Assembly (NCBI GenBank): GCA_963828165.1
Contig: CAWHDR010000001.1
Location: 384,001-448,000, forward strand
Direction: 5' to 3'
DNA: 64,000 nt
Origin: an uncultured Chloroflexia bacterium
Lineage (GTDB): Bacteria; Chloroflexota; Limnocylindria; Limnocylindrales; CSP1-4
Each line of letters starts with the position of its first letter. Position 1 is the stretch's first letter. The translations under genes and the position numbers were made by a program. A model generated the notes under the pieces. It did not search any database. It was given only the letters and a program-made list of their open reading frames with translations, and was not told where the DNA came from. Below are positions 38,627-47,298 of the stretch, piece after piece.

Positions 38627-39379
38627 ATGGCCGACCAGCTTGCGCTCCCACTCGATGCCACCGCCGACCGCCTCCCGGACCTGCCGGCGCTGCGGCCGAT
38701 GCTCGCGCGACCCCTGCCCGAGCCGTTCGACTCGGAACAGCACCTCTTCGAGCCGTGGTGGGGCGGTCGTCGAGCACTCGTCTTCGTCGGCCCGGCCGAG
38801 ATGGCCGGAGCGGGCGAGGTTCGGATCGTGGACGCCGACGGCGCGGATCTGACCGAGGCACTCCCGGAGCTGGCCGGCACGGCCGTTCGCGTCGCGGCGC
38901 GCTCGGCCGTGCTCGATGGGGAGCTGGTCGTGGTCGATGCCGACGGGCGGGCCGACGCCCCCGCGCTCGAGGCGCGTCTCGCGGGCAACCCCGGACGAGC
39001 GGCGGCCTTCCTCGCCTTCGACCTCCTGCATCTCGATGGGGTATCGCTGCTGAACCAGCCGCTGGTCAAGCGTCGCGCGGCGCTCCGCCGCATCCTGCGA
39101 CCGGGCGATGAGGTGGTGGCAGTGCCGGCGATCGCCACGGAAGGGCGTGCCCTGTTCGAGGCCATCGTCGCGCAGGGCCTGGCCGGGATGATGGCGCGCC
39201 AGCGGCAGGGTCCGTACCTGGCCGGTGTCAGGAGCCGACTGTGGCGCCTGATCCCGGCTGCTGCAGGCACGATCACCGCGGCCGAGATGGCCGACGCACC
39301 GGAGGAACCCGCGGCGACCTCGGCGACGGCGCCGGTCCTCGCGATGCTCAGCCGCCTTCCGCTCGACGAAGAGACCTGA
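38627..39379 (+). CDS. ATP-dependent DNA ligase adenylation-domain homolog, catalytically degenerate
   Basis: LRPMLA, VLDGELVV, AFDLL, GPY.AGVRS..W; motif I reads FEPWWGG instead of EPKWDG; no OB domain. Confidence 0.75.
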   Translation: MADQLALPLDATADRLPDLPALRPMLARPLPEPFDSEQHLFEPWWGGRRALVFVGPAEMAGAGEVRIVDADGADLTEALPELAGTAVRVAARSAVLDGELVVVDADGRADAPALEARLAGNPGRAAAFLAFDLLHLDGVSLLNQPLVKRRAALRRILRPGDEVVAVPAIATEGRALFEAIVAQGLAGMMARQRQGPYLAGVRSRLWRLIPAAAGTITAAEMADAPEEPAATSATAPVLAMLSRLPLDEET

Positions 39380-39388
39380 AGCGCCGCG

Positions 39389-40708
39389 CTAGCCCGCGTG
39401 CCGCGCGGCCGCGATGAACCGGCGGATCCCAGGCCGCTGCCCGTAGAGCAGCACCCCGGTCGCATAGATGCGGACCGTCGCCAGCGCCACGATGGCGATC
39501 GTGACGAGCAGGATCCCGACCGACAGCGCCACCTCCCAGGGCTGGACGGTGCTGACCATCAGCCGCGCGAGCATCGCGAACGGGCTGAACGGCGGCACGA
39601 AGGACGCCAGGCGGCCCACGAACCCACCTCCACTGAGCAGGACGGTCAACGCCGACACGTAGCCGGCCATCGCGAGCAGGCTGAGGGGCAGCGACAGGGT
39701 CTGCAGGTCGTCAGGCCGGCTCACGAACGAACCAACCGCCGCATACACGAAGGCGAAAAGCGTGAATCCCATCAGGAAGAACGCGCCGTACGCCAGCAGC
39801 AACCCGATCGTCAGGCCACCGATCGGCAGGCCGGCGCCCGTCTCGCCCAGGACGGCGAGGGCGATCTGGTCCTGGAAGGCCAGCACGAGCACCGCCGGGA
39901 TCACGATGGCCACGTACTGCGTGAGCCCCGCCCCTCCGATCCCCACGACCTTCCCGAACAGCAGTTGGCGCGGCGAGGCGGCGCTGATCATCAGCTCCAT
40001 GACGCGGCTGCTCTTCTCGGTCGCTACGCCCGTCGCCACCCACATCCCGTAGATCAGGATCGTGATGAACATCAGGATGATGAACACGGTACCGAGGAAG
40101 CTCCGGCTCGCGGCCTCCACCGCATCGACCGCCTCGCCGCCTTCGATCGGCGCACTGATCGAGCGCGGATCGAAGACCGGGGCCTCGAAGGTCCCGAGCT
40201 GCGAACCCGCCGGCAGCGAGCTGGTCCAGTCGATGATCGCAACCGACAGCGCGGCGAATCCGGCCAGCTGACTCTGGACGCCATCCACCGGACCGCTCGT
40301 CCGGTAGTCGACCTGGAGGCGCCCCTCGGGCAACCGGAACACGTGCAGGTACGCGCTGATCCGCTGACGCTCCAGCTCCGCCTCGGCCGTCGCGAGATCA
40401 GCCGCGCGCTCGAACGCGTAGGGCGCGGTCCATGTCTCGGGATCGGCACCTGCCGGCGCGATGTTCATGATCCCCTGCGCCGTGGCGATCATGGCCGCGG
40501 CCAGGCGATCGTCGTCGGCCACCACCACGATCCGGTCGACGCGCTGGCGGTCCAGGTAGCGGATCCCGATCGGTGTGAGCGCCACGGCGAGGGCCAGGGC
40601 CATCAGGATCACCGTCGAGAGCAGGTACAGCGGGCTGCGGACCCGATCGCGATACTCGCGCCGAGCCACGATTCCCGCGTTCGGCAGGAGGGGGTCTCTC
40701 CGGTTCAT
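39389..40708 (-). CDS. ABC-2 permease (NatB/YhaP-like)
   Basis: VARREYRDRVR, GVATEKSSRVMELMISA, GKVVG, SFVPPFSP. Confidence 0.88.
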   Translation of the reverse strand: MNRRDPLLPNAGIVARREYRDRVRSPLYLLSTVILMALALAVALTPIGIRYLDRQRVDRIVVVADDDRLAAAMIATAQGIMNIAPAGADPETWTAPYAFERAADLATAEAELERQRISAYLHVFRLPEGRLQVDYRTSGPVDGVQSQLAGFAALSVAIIDWTSSLPAGSQLGTFEAPVFDPRSISAPIEGGEAVDAVEAASRSFLGTVFIILMFITILIYGMWVATGVATEKSSRVMELMISAASPRQLLFGKVVGIGGAGLTQYVAIVIPAVLVLAFQDQIALAVLGETGAGLPIGGLTIGLLLAYGAFFLMGFTLFAFVYAAVGSFVSRPDDLQTLSLPLSLLAMAGYVSALTVLLSGGGFVGRLASFVPPFSPFAMLARLMVSTVQPWEVALSVGILLVTIAIVALATVRIYATGVLLYGQRPGIRRFIAAARHAG

Positions 40709-41658
40709 CAGGCGGCGTCCTCGTCGAGCGCGGGCTCGAGCGTGGCGTCGTCGCCGGCCGGATGGCCGACGTACTCGATGAAGATCGCCTCCAGCGACGG
40801 CTCGGCGACCTCGAAGTGGGTCACAGCGGCACCGAGGGCGAGCGCCGACGCGAGGACCTCGCGGGGTTCGGTGCCGGGGCGGAGCTCCAGCTCCATGGAG
40901 CCCGCCGCGGGGCGGACGGCCGCGACCCCTTCGATCGATGTCAGCCAGGCGGGGAGGATCTCGCCCTCCACGCCGAGGCGCACGGTTCGCGCCCGTGTGG
41001 TCCGTTTCAGCTCGGCGAGCGTGCCGGACGCCACGACCCGGCCGCGATCCACGATCGCGAGCGACTCGCAGAGCGCCTCCGCCGCCTCCATCTGATGGGT
41101 CGAGAAGACGATCGTCCGACCCTCGTCGCGGAGCTCGACGAACGCCTCGCGCAGGAGCGCGAGATTGACGGGATCGAGACCGGTGAACGGCTCGTCCATG
41201 AGCAGCACATCCGGGCCGTGCAGGATCGCGGCGATGAATTGGACCTTCTGCTGGTTGCCCTTGCTCAGCTCCTCGGCACGGCGGTCCGCGTACTCGGGGA
41301 TGCGGAAGCGGGCCAGCCAGTGCTCGGCCCCTCGTCGAGCCTCGGCCGGGGGCACGCCGTAGAGCGAGGCGAAGTAGACCAGCTGATCGAGCACGCCCAT
41401 CCGTGGATACAGGCCGCGCTCCTCTGGGAGGTAGCCCCACGTCCGGCGCGGCAGCTCGACGCTGTCGATGCCGTCCCAGCGGACGTCCCCGCCGTCCGGC
41501 TGGAGGATCCCGAGGCAGATCCGCATCGTCGTCGTCTTGCCGGCTCCGTTGGCGCCGAGGAAGCCGAAGATCCGGCCCTTGGGCACGCTGAAGCTGAGCT
41601 CGTCGAGGGCCAGGGTCTGCGCAAACCGCTTGGTGACGCGGTCGATCACGAGGGTCAC
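40708..41658 (-). CDS. ABC transporter ATP-binding protein (YhaQ-like)
   Basis: GANGAGKTT, GYLPEERGLY, LSKGNQQK, MDEPFTGLDP, FSTH. Confidence 0.92.
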   Translation of the reverse strand: MTLVIDRVTKRFAQTLALDELSFSVPKGRIFGFLGANGAGKTTTMRICLGILQPDGGDVRWDGIDSVELPRRTWGYLPEERGLYPRMGVLDQLVYFASLYGVPPAEARRGAEHWLARFRIPEYADRRAEELSKGNQQKVQFIAAILHGPDVLLMDEPFTGLDPVNLALLREAFVELRDEGRTIVFSTHQMEAAEALCESLAIVDRGRVVASGTLAELKRTTRARTVRLGVEGEILPAWLTSIEGVAAVRPAAGSMELELRPGTEPREVLASALALGAAVTHFEVAEPSLEAIFIEYVGHPAGDDATLEPALDEDAA

Positions 41659-41731
41659 GGGGGCGAGCATAGCCGTGGGCGGACCACCCCGCCGCTGGTC
41701 CGAAGGTCCGGGGTGTGCGACGATCGATCCC

Positions 41732-42169
41732 GTGACGACCCCGACCCACGCGTCCGGCGCCTTCGCTCCGGCGACGCCCCAGACCACGCCCGTGAAGATC
41801 CATGCAGACCGCGCCGCCGGGACGCTCGCGATCGAGTGGGCCGACGCGCACGCGACGACGTACGGGTTCGAGCCGCTCCGCTGGCTGTGCCCATGCGCCC
41901 ATTGCCGTGGCGAGGCCGGGATGCCCGGCTGGCTCGACAGCAACCCGACGCTGACGACCGAGCAGACGACCCTGACCGACCTGCATCCCGTGGGCAACTA
42001 CGCGATCTCGCCACACTGGGCCGACGGGCACAAGACCGGCTACTACACGTACGTCCTGCTACGCGACCGGTGTCCGTGCCCCGAGTGCAGCGCTCGGCGC
42101 ACTGCGACGCCCGCCGGTGGCGAGCCCGCGCCAGCGCCCCCTGCCGGCACGCACGAGGAGCATCGCTAG
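41732..42169 (+). CDS. DUF971 (GBBH N-terminal-like) protein
   Basis: IEWADAH, LRWLCPCAHC, PVGNYAI..WADGH.TGYY, additional CPCPEC. Confidence 0.85.
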   Translation: MTTPTHASGAFAPATPQTTPVKIHADRAAGTLAIEWADAHATTYGFEPLRWLCPCAHCRGEAGMPGWLDSNPTLTTEQTTLTDLHPVGNYAISPHWADGHKTGYYTYVLLRDRCPCPECSARRTATPAGGEPAPAPPAGTHEEHR

Positions 42170-42201
42170 GCGTCATCGCGTCCCCGGCCGCCGCATTCGG
42201 T

Positions 42202-42318
42202 CGGCGCGGCGAGGCGTGCCGGGGCAAGGCGGCGGCGAGCACGGGAGCGAGCGCACTGGAACTGCGTGAGCGAGCGCGCGGAGCCGCCAACGCGGCCTGG
42301 TGCAGCCTCGTCGCGCCG
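42202..42318 (+). repeat. Candidate interspersed hairpin element / structured RNA upstream of ppk1
   Basis: Outer stem CGGCGCGGCGAGGC / GCCTCGTCGCGCCG with nested stems and GAGC internal loops; only one copy in the window. Confidence 0.45.
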
Positions 42319-42415
42319 GGAACGTTCATCGGGCCGTGCTATCCTCGCCGGCCAGCCCGTGACGCCCAGGGACGCCTGCGCGTGCGCGTGACCCACCAGG
42401 AGCCTCCACGCAGCG

Positions 42416-44593
42416 ATGGCCGCCGTCCAACCCGGAACCCGCGCCTCATCCCTGGCTCCAGCTCGCCCCCGGCGAGCACGCAAGGAACAGCCCGAGCTTC
42501 CGTATCTCAACCGCGAACTTTCCTGGCTCGAGTTCAACGGGCGCGTGCTGCACGAGGCTCGCGACGCGCGCAACCCCCTGCTCGAGCGGGTCAAGTTCCT
42601 GGCCATCTTCGCCGGCAATCTCGACGAGTTCTTCCAGGTCCGCGTCGCCGGCCTGCGCCAGCAGATCGAGGCCGGCGCCGTCACTCGGGCCCCCGATGGG
42701 CGAACTCCCGGGGAACAGGTCGCTGCCGTCCGTGAACGGGTTCTGACGCTCGCTGCCGACCATTCCGCGATCTTCGTCGAGGTCCGGGGAGCGCTCGCTG
42801 CCGAAGGCGTCGAGATCGTCGACTACGCCAACATCCCCGAGCATCACGCCGCGCTCCGCCAGCGCTTCCTTGACGAGATCTACCCGGTCCTGACCCCCCT
42901 CGCGGTCGATCCGGGCCACCCGTTCCCCTACATCTCGACGCTGAGCCTGTCCATCGCGGTCGGCCTGCGCGATCCGGACACCGGCGAGCGCGTGTTCGCC
43001 CGGGTCAAGGTCCCGCAGATCCTGCCGCGCTTGCTCGAGGTCGAGGCCGATCACTTCGTGCCGATCGACCAGGTCATCGAGGCCAATCTCCAGGACCTGT
43101 TCACGGGCATGGAGGTTGTCGAGGCGCACCTGTTCCGCGTCACCCGCAACGCCGACTTCACGGTGGAAGAGGACGAGGCCGACGACCTCCTGATGGCGAT
43201 CGAGGAGGAGCTCCGGCGACGTCGGTTCGGTGAGGCCGTCCGGCTCGAAGTGGAGCGGACGATGCCGGCGGCCACGCGGACCCTCTTGCAGCGCGGACTC
43301 GGCCTCGAAGCCGAAGACAGCTACGAGATCTCCGGCATGCTCGACCTCACCGCCCTGTACCGGATCGCAGAGCTCGATCGGCCGGAGCTGCGGGCCGAGC
43401 CATGGACCCCGGTCACCCCGCCGCGCCTCATCCCACCCGACGAGGACGAGCCGGCCGACGTCTTCGCCGCGGTCCGAGCCGGCGACATCCTCGTCCACCA
43501 CCCATACGATTCCTTCGCCGCGTCCGTGGAGCGCTTCATCACCCAGGCCGCCGACGACCCGGACGTCCTCACGATCAAGCAGACGCTGTACCGGACGTCC
43601 GGCGATTCGCCCATCGTCCAGTCGCTGATCCGGGCCGCGGAGCGCGGCAAGCAGGTCGTGGTCCTCGTCGAGATCAAGGCGCGCTTCGACGAGGAGGCGA
43701 ACATCATCTGGGCGCGCAAGCTGGAGCGGGCGGGTGCGCACGTCGTCTACGGGCTCGTCGGGCTCAAGACGCACTCCAAGACGGCCCTCGTCGTGCGCCG
43801 CGAGGGCTCGGGATTGCGTCGGTACGTCCACATCGGGACGGGCAACTACAACCCCAAGACCGCCCGCTTGTACGTGGACCTCGGGTTGCTGACGGCTCGC
43901 CCGGAGATCGGCGCGGACGTCACGGATCTGTTCAACGTCCTGACCGGCTTGTCCAGGCAGCGCACGTTCCGGCGGCTCCTCGTCGCTCCCCACAGCCTGC
44001 GCTCGGGGTTCCTTGCGCTCGTTGACCGCGAGGTGGCCCACGCCGAGGCCGGACGCCCGGCCCGGATCGTGCTGAAGCTCAATTCGATCGTCGACACCCC
44101 GGTCATCGAGGCCCTCTACCATGCCTCCAGCGCCGGAGTCGATATCGACCTGATCGTGCGTGCGGCGTGCTCACTGCAGCCCGGCCTGCCCGGGATCTCG
44201 GAACGGATCCGGGTCCGCTCGATCGTCGGTGAGTTCCTGGAGCACTCGCGGATCTGGGGCTTCGAGAACGGCGGCGATCAGGAGTGGTACATCGGCTCTG
44301 CCGACCTCATGGACCGGAACCTGGATCGCCGGGTAGAGGCGGTCGTGCCGGTCGAGGACACCGACGCCAAGGCGCGGATCGCCGAGATCATCGAGATCAT
44401 GTTGGCCGACGACCGGCGATCGTGGCAGCTCCAGCCGGACGCCTCGTGGGTCCGCACGGAGGTCCTCGAAGAGCGTTCCGGCACGATCGACACGTTCGAG
44501 GTGCTCAAGGAACGCGCCATGACGTCCGCACACGCGGCGGCGGCTCCGCGGCGGCCGCATTCCGGAGCCGGGTCGCTGGATCCTCGGGCGTGA
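42416..44593 (+). CDS. ppk1: Polyphosphate kinase 1
   Basis: NRELSWLEFN, NLDEFFQVRVA, HPFP, HHPYDSF, LYRT, KARFDE, KTHSK, GTGNYN, FLEHSR, SADLMDRNLDRRVE. Confidence 0.97.
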   Translation: MAAVQPGTRASSLAPARPRRARKEQPELPYLNRELSWLEFNGRVLHEARDARNPLLERVKFLAIFAGNLDEFFQVRVAGLRQQIEAGAVTRAPDGRTPGEQVAAVRERVLTLAADHSAIFVEVRGALAAEGVEIVDYANIPEHHAALRQRFLDEIYPVLTPLAVDPGHPFPYISTLSLSIAVGLRDPDTGERVFARVKVPQILPRLLEVEADHFVPIDQVIEANLQDLFTGMEVVEAHLFRVTRNADFTVEEDEADDLLMAIEEELRRRRFGEAVRLEVERTMPAATRTLLQRGLGLEAEDSYEISGMLDLTALYRIAELDRPELRAEPWTPVTPPRLIPPDEDEPADVFAAVRAGDILVHHPYDSFAASVERFITQAADDPDVLTIKQTLYRTSGDSPIVQSLIRAAERGKQVVVLVEIKARFDEEANIIWARKLERAGAHVVYGLVGLKTHSKTALVVRREGSGLRRYVHIGTGNYNPKTARLYVDLGLLTARPEIGADVTDLFNVLTGLSRQRTFRRLLVAPHSLRSGFLALVDREVAHAEAGRPARIVLKLNSIVDTPVIEALYHASSAGVDIDLIVRAACSLQPGLPGISERIRVRSIVGEFLEHSRIWGFENGGDQEWYIGSADLMDRNLDRRVEAVVPVEDTDAKARIAEIIEIMLADDRRSWQLQPDASWVRTEVLEERSGTIDTFEVLKERAMTSAHAAAAPRRPHSGAGSLDPRA

Positions 44594-44613
44594 CCGTGGG
44601 TGGCACGCGGCCG

Positions 44614-46305
44614 ATGGAGGTCGAGCTCAAATACCGGGTCGGTGAGCTCGCCGCTGCCGAACGGTTGCTGGCGGCGGAGCAGGTCGGGCCGTTCGCCGGG
44701 GGCGGCGGTCGCGCCCGGTCCACCCAGCTCGAGGATCGGTATGTCGATACGGCCGACGGGGCCCTTGGGCGAGCCGGCTTTGCCGTGCGGCTTCGCCAGT
44801 CCGGCGGCAAGACGATCGTCTCGGTCAAGTCGCTGACGCGATCCGATGGGCCCGGCGGGTCGGTCCGACGCGAGGAGCTCGAAGGCCCGGCTGACCGTGT
44901 CGGGGCGGCCATGGATTGGCCGGCCTCGGACGCGCGAGCACTGGTCCTCGAGCATGCCGGGGACGCGCCGCTGGTCGAGCTCGTGACCGTGCGCCAGATG
45001 CGTCGCAAGCGCCAGCTCAAGTCCGGCGGGAGCCGCGTCGAGCTCAGTCTGGACGAGGTCGATGTCGTCAGCCGCGGGCGGATCGTCGATCGGTTCGTCG
45101 AGCTCGAAGCCGAGCTGACGAAGGGAGACGAAGGGGAGCTGGAAGCGCTGGGGGCGGCTCTCGATGCCGAGCCGATGCTACGCCGAGCGATGACGAGCAA
45201 GCTCGAAGCGGCGCTCGCGGCCGTGGACGGCGCGGCCACGGACGACCTGGCGGGCGCGCACAGCAACGCCGACGACGAGACCGGAGCCGACGACGGCGCG
45301 GCCGGGCACGCGGCCGACGCCATCGAGCCGGCCGGGGCCGGCGCAGCCGAGCCGGGGCAGCCGCGCCTGGTCGTGGGCAAGACCCCGGGCGTCACCGCCG
45401 ACGATCACATCGCAGAGGCAGGACGCAAGGTCATGCGGTTCCACCTGGCGCGGATGCTCGATCACGAACCGGGGGTCCGCGCCGGCATCGGGTCGGAGGC
45501 CGTACACAAGATGCGGGTGGCCACCCGCCGGCAGCGCGCGGCGTGGCGGATCTTCGGTGAGGCCTTCGGCCAGGGACGGACGAAGCGCTACCGTGACGGC
45601 CTCCGCGACACGGCCCGGCGACTGGGTGCCGTCCGAGACCTTGATGTCCAGCTCGAGGCGGCCGACGCTTACCGCGCCGACCTGCCGATCACGGAGCAGC
45701 GCGCACTCGAACCCCTCCTGGCGGCGTGGCGACAACATCGCGACGACGCCCGCATCCTGCTTTTGCGCGAGCTCGATTCGACCGGGTTTCGGCGGTGGAC
45801 TGACGACTATGTGGACTTCGTGCGGACGGAGGGTGCGGCGGTGCGCCAGGTCGATGCCGTGCAGCCACATCGCGTCCGGGATACGGCGCCATCCCGGATC
45901 TGGACCGCGTACGAGGGCGTCCGCAGCTACGAATCCGTGCTCCGCTGGGCCGATATACCGACCCTCCACGAACTGCGCATCGCCGGCAAGTGGCTGCGCT
46001 ACTCGATGGAGTTCGTGCGCGAGCCGCTGGGACCGGACGTGGATTCGCTCATCGCCCGCGTGACGGCCCTCCAGGACCACCTTGGGCTGATGAACGATGC
46101 GGACGTCACCGCATCGATGACCCGGACCTTCCTCGTCGAGCAGACCGGCGACCTGAGCGCGACGGAGCGTGCGGCGATCGGGCGGTATCTCGTCGATCGC
46201 GAGAAGGAGGTCGCACGACTTCGGCGGACCGTGGGAGTGACCTGGCGGGCGGTCGCCGGCCTGCGCTTCCGGCGAACCCTGGGACGGGTCGTCGCCGGGC
46301 TCTGA
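44614..46305 (+). CDS. CYTH + CHAD domain protein (polyP-binding)
   Basis: N-terminal EVELKY and ELEAEL (CYTH); VHKMRVATRRQRA, LGAVRDLDV, LHELRIAGKWLRY, LQDHLG..ND (CHAD). Confidence 0.9.
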   Translation: MEVELKYRVGELAAAERLLAAEQVGPFAGGGGRARSTQLEDRYVDTADGALGRAGFAVRLRQSGGKTIVSVKSLTRSDGPGGSVRREELEGPADRVGAAMDWPASDARALVLEHAGDAPLVELVTVRQMRRKRQLKSGGSRVELSLDEVDVVSRGRIVDRFVELEAELTKGDEGELEALGAALDAEPMLRRAMTSKLEAALAAVDGAATDDLAGAHSNADDETGADDGAAGHAADAIEPAGAGAAEPGQPRLVVGKTPGVTADDHIAEAGRKVMRFHLARMLDHEPGVRAGIGSEAVHKMRVATRRQRAAWRIFGEAFGQGRTKRYRDGLRDTARRLGAVRDLDVQLEAADAYRADLPITEQRALEPLLAAWRQHRDDARILLLRELDSTGFRRWTDDYVDFVRTEGAAVRQVDAVQPHRVRDTAPSRIWTAYEGVRSYESVLRWADIPTLHELRIAGKWLRYSMEFVREPLGPDVDSLIARVTALQDHLGLMNDADVTASMTRTFLVEQTGDLSATERAAIGRYLVDREKEVARLRRTVGVTWRAVAGLRFRRTLGRVVAGL

Positions 46306-46319
46306 CGCGACGCGGGCGC

Positions 46320-47267
46320 CTAGTTGCGCCAGCCGTGGGCGAGTTCCGGGAGGCGATCGCGCCAGGCCCCGCCCGCGTGTTGCGCGACCAGGATCGCCCC
46401 TTCACGCATCCCCTCCTCTGACACCCGGACCTCGTCGACGCCGTACCGGCGCATGAGCGCTTCGACGATCACGGCGCCCGCGGGGAGGAGCCGTGCCCTG
46501 GTCGGGTTGACGACGTACAGCTCGGAGGTCTCGGCGGCGGTCCGCGCGATGAGGGTCGCGACGGCCTCGGCGACGCGGGCTGCGGTGAGGATGCGGTCGG
46601 CCGTGCCGGCGGCGGTCACCTTGAGGAGGTTGGACGCGGTCCCGCCGACTGCGACGAGATCGGTCGGCTCGGCGGGAAGCGCATCCTGAAGGATCCCGTC
46701 GGCGGCCGTCGTCATCGAGGCAAGCTCGTCGGCGGTCGGCGGGTCGTCGCGGACGTAGCGGGACGTCAGGCGATTGGAGCCGAGGCGCAGGCCGGCCGCA
46801 CGTGCGAGCCCACCGGACGCGACGGCGCAGAATTCCGAGCTGCCGCCGCCGATGTCCACGACCAGCGTCTCGTGCCCCACCGGCAGGCCCATCGTGACGC
46901 CGACGAGCGTCAGATAGGCCTCCTCCTCGTGCGACAGGACGTGCAACGGGACGCCCGTCGCGCGCTCGACGTCGGCGACGATGCGGGCCGCGTCCGCAGC
47001 CCGGCGGATCGGCTCGGTACCCATGAACGTGATCGTGGAGGCGCCTAGCCCGCGGGCGATGGACGCATACCGTTCGAGGGCCTCGACCAACGCCGCACGG
47101 CGAGAAGTGCCCAGGTGTGCCTGATCGTCGATCGCCGCCCCAAGGCCCAGAAAGACCAATTCATCGGCCAGCGGCCGCAGCTCGTGGCCGTCGAGCTCGG
47201 CGACGAGCAGGTGGACGGAGTTCGAACCGAGATCGACCGACGCGCCGACGTGCGGTCGTTGGCTCAC
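46320..47267 (-). CDS. ppx: Ppx/GppA family exopolyphosphatase (short form)
   Basis: VDLGSNSVHL, GTEPIR, LSHEEEA, VDIGGGSSE, GMREG. Confidence 0.9.
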   Translation of the reverse strand: MSQRPHVGASVDLGSNSVHLLVAELDGHELRPLADELVFLGLGAAIDDQAHLGTSRRAALVEALERYASIARGLGASTITFMGTEPIRRAADAARIVADVERATGVPLHVLSHEEEAYLTLVGVTMGLPVGHETLVVDIGGGSSEFCAVASGGLARAAGLRLGSNRLTSRYVRDDPPTADELASMTTAADGILQDALPAEPTDLVAVGGTASNLLKVTAAGTADRILTAARVAEAVATLIARTAAETSELYVVNPTRARLLPAGAVIVEALMRRYGVDEVRVSEEGMREGAILVAQHAGGAWRDRLPELAHGWRN

Positions 47268-47298
47268 CCGGGCCGGCCGCGATTCGCGCGGTCGCCGA

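Noticed and set aside
38627-39379. Functional NHEJ ligase or prophage/mobile-element marker
   Set aside because: Catalytic Lys absent; no Ku, integrase, att site or compositional shift nearby
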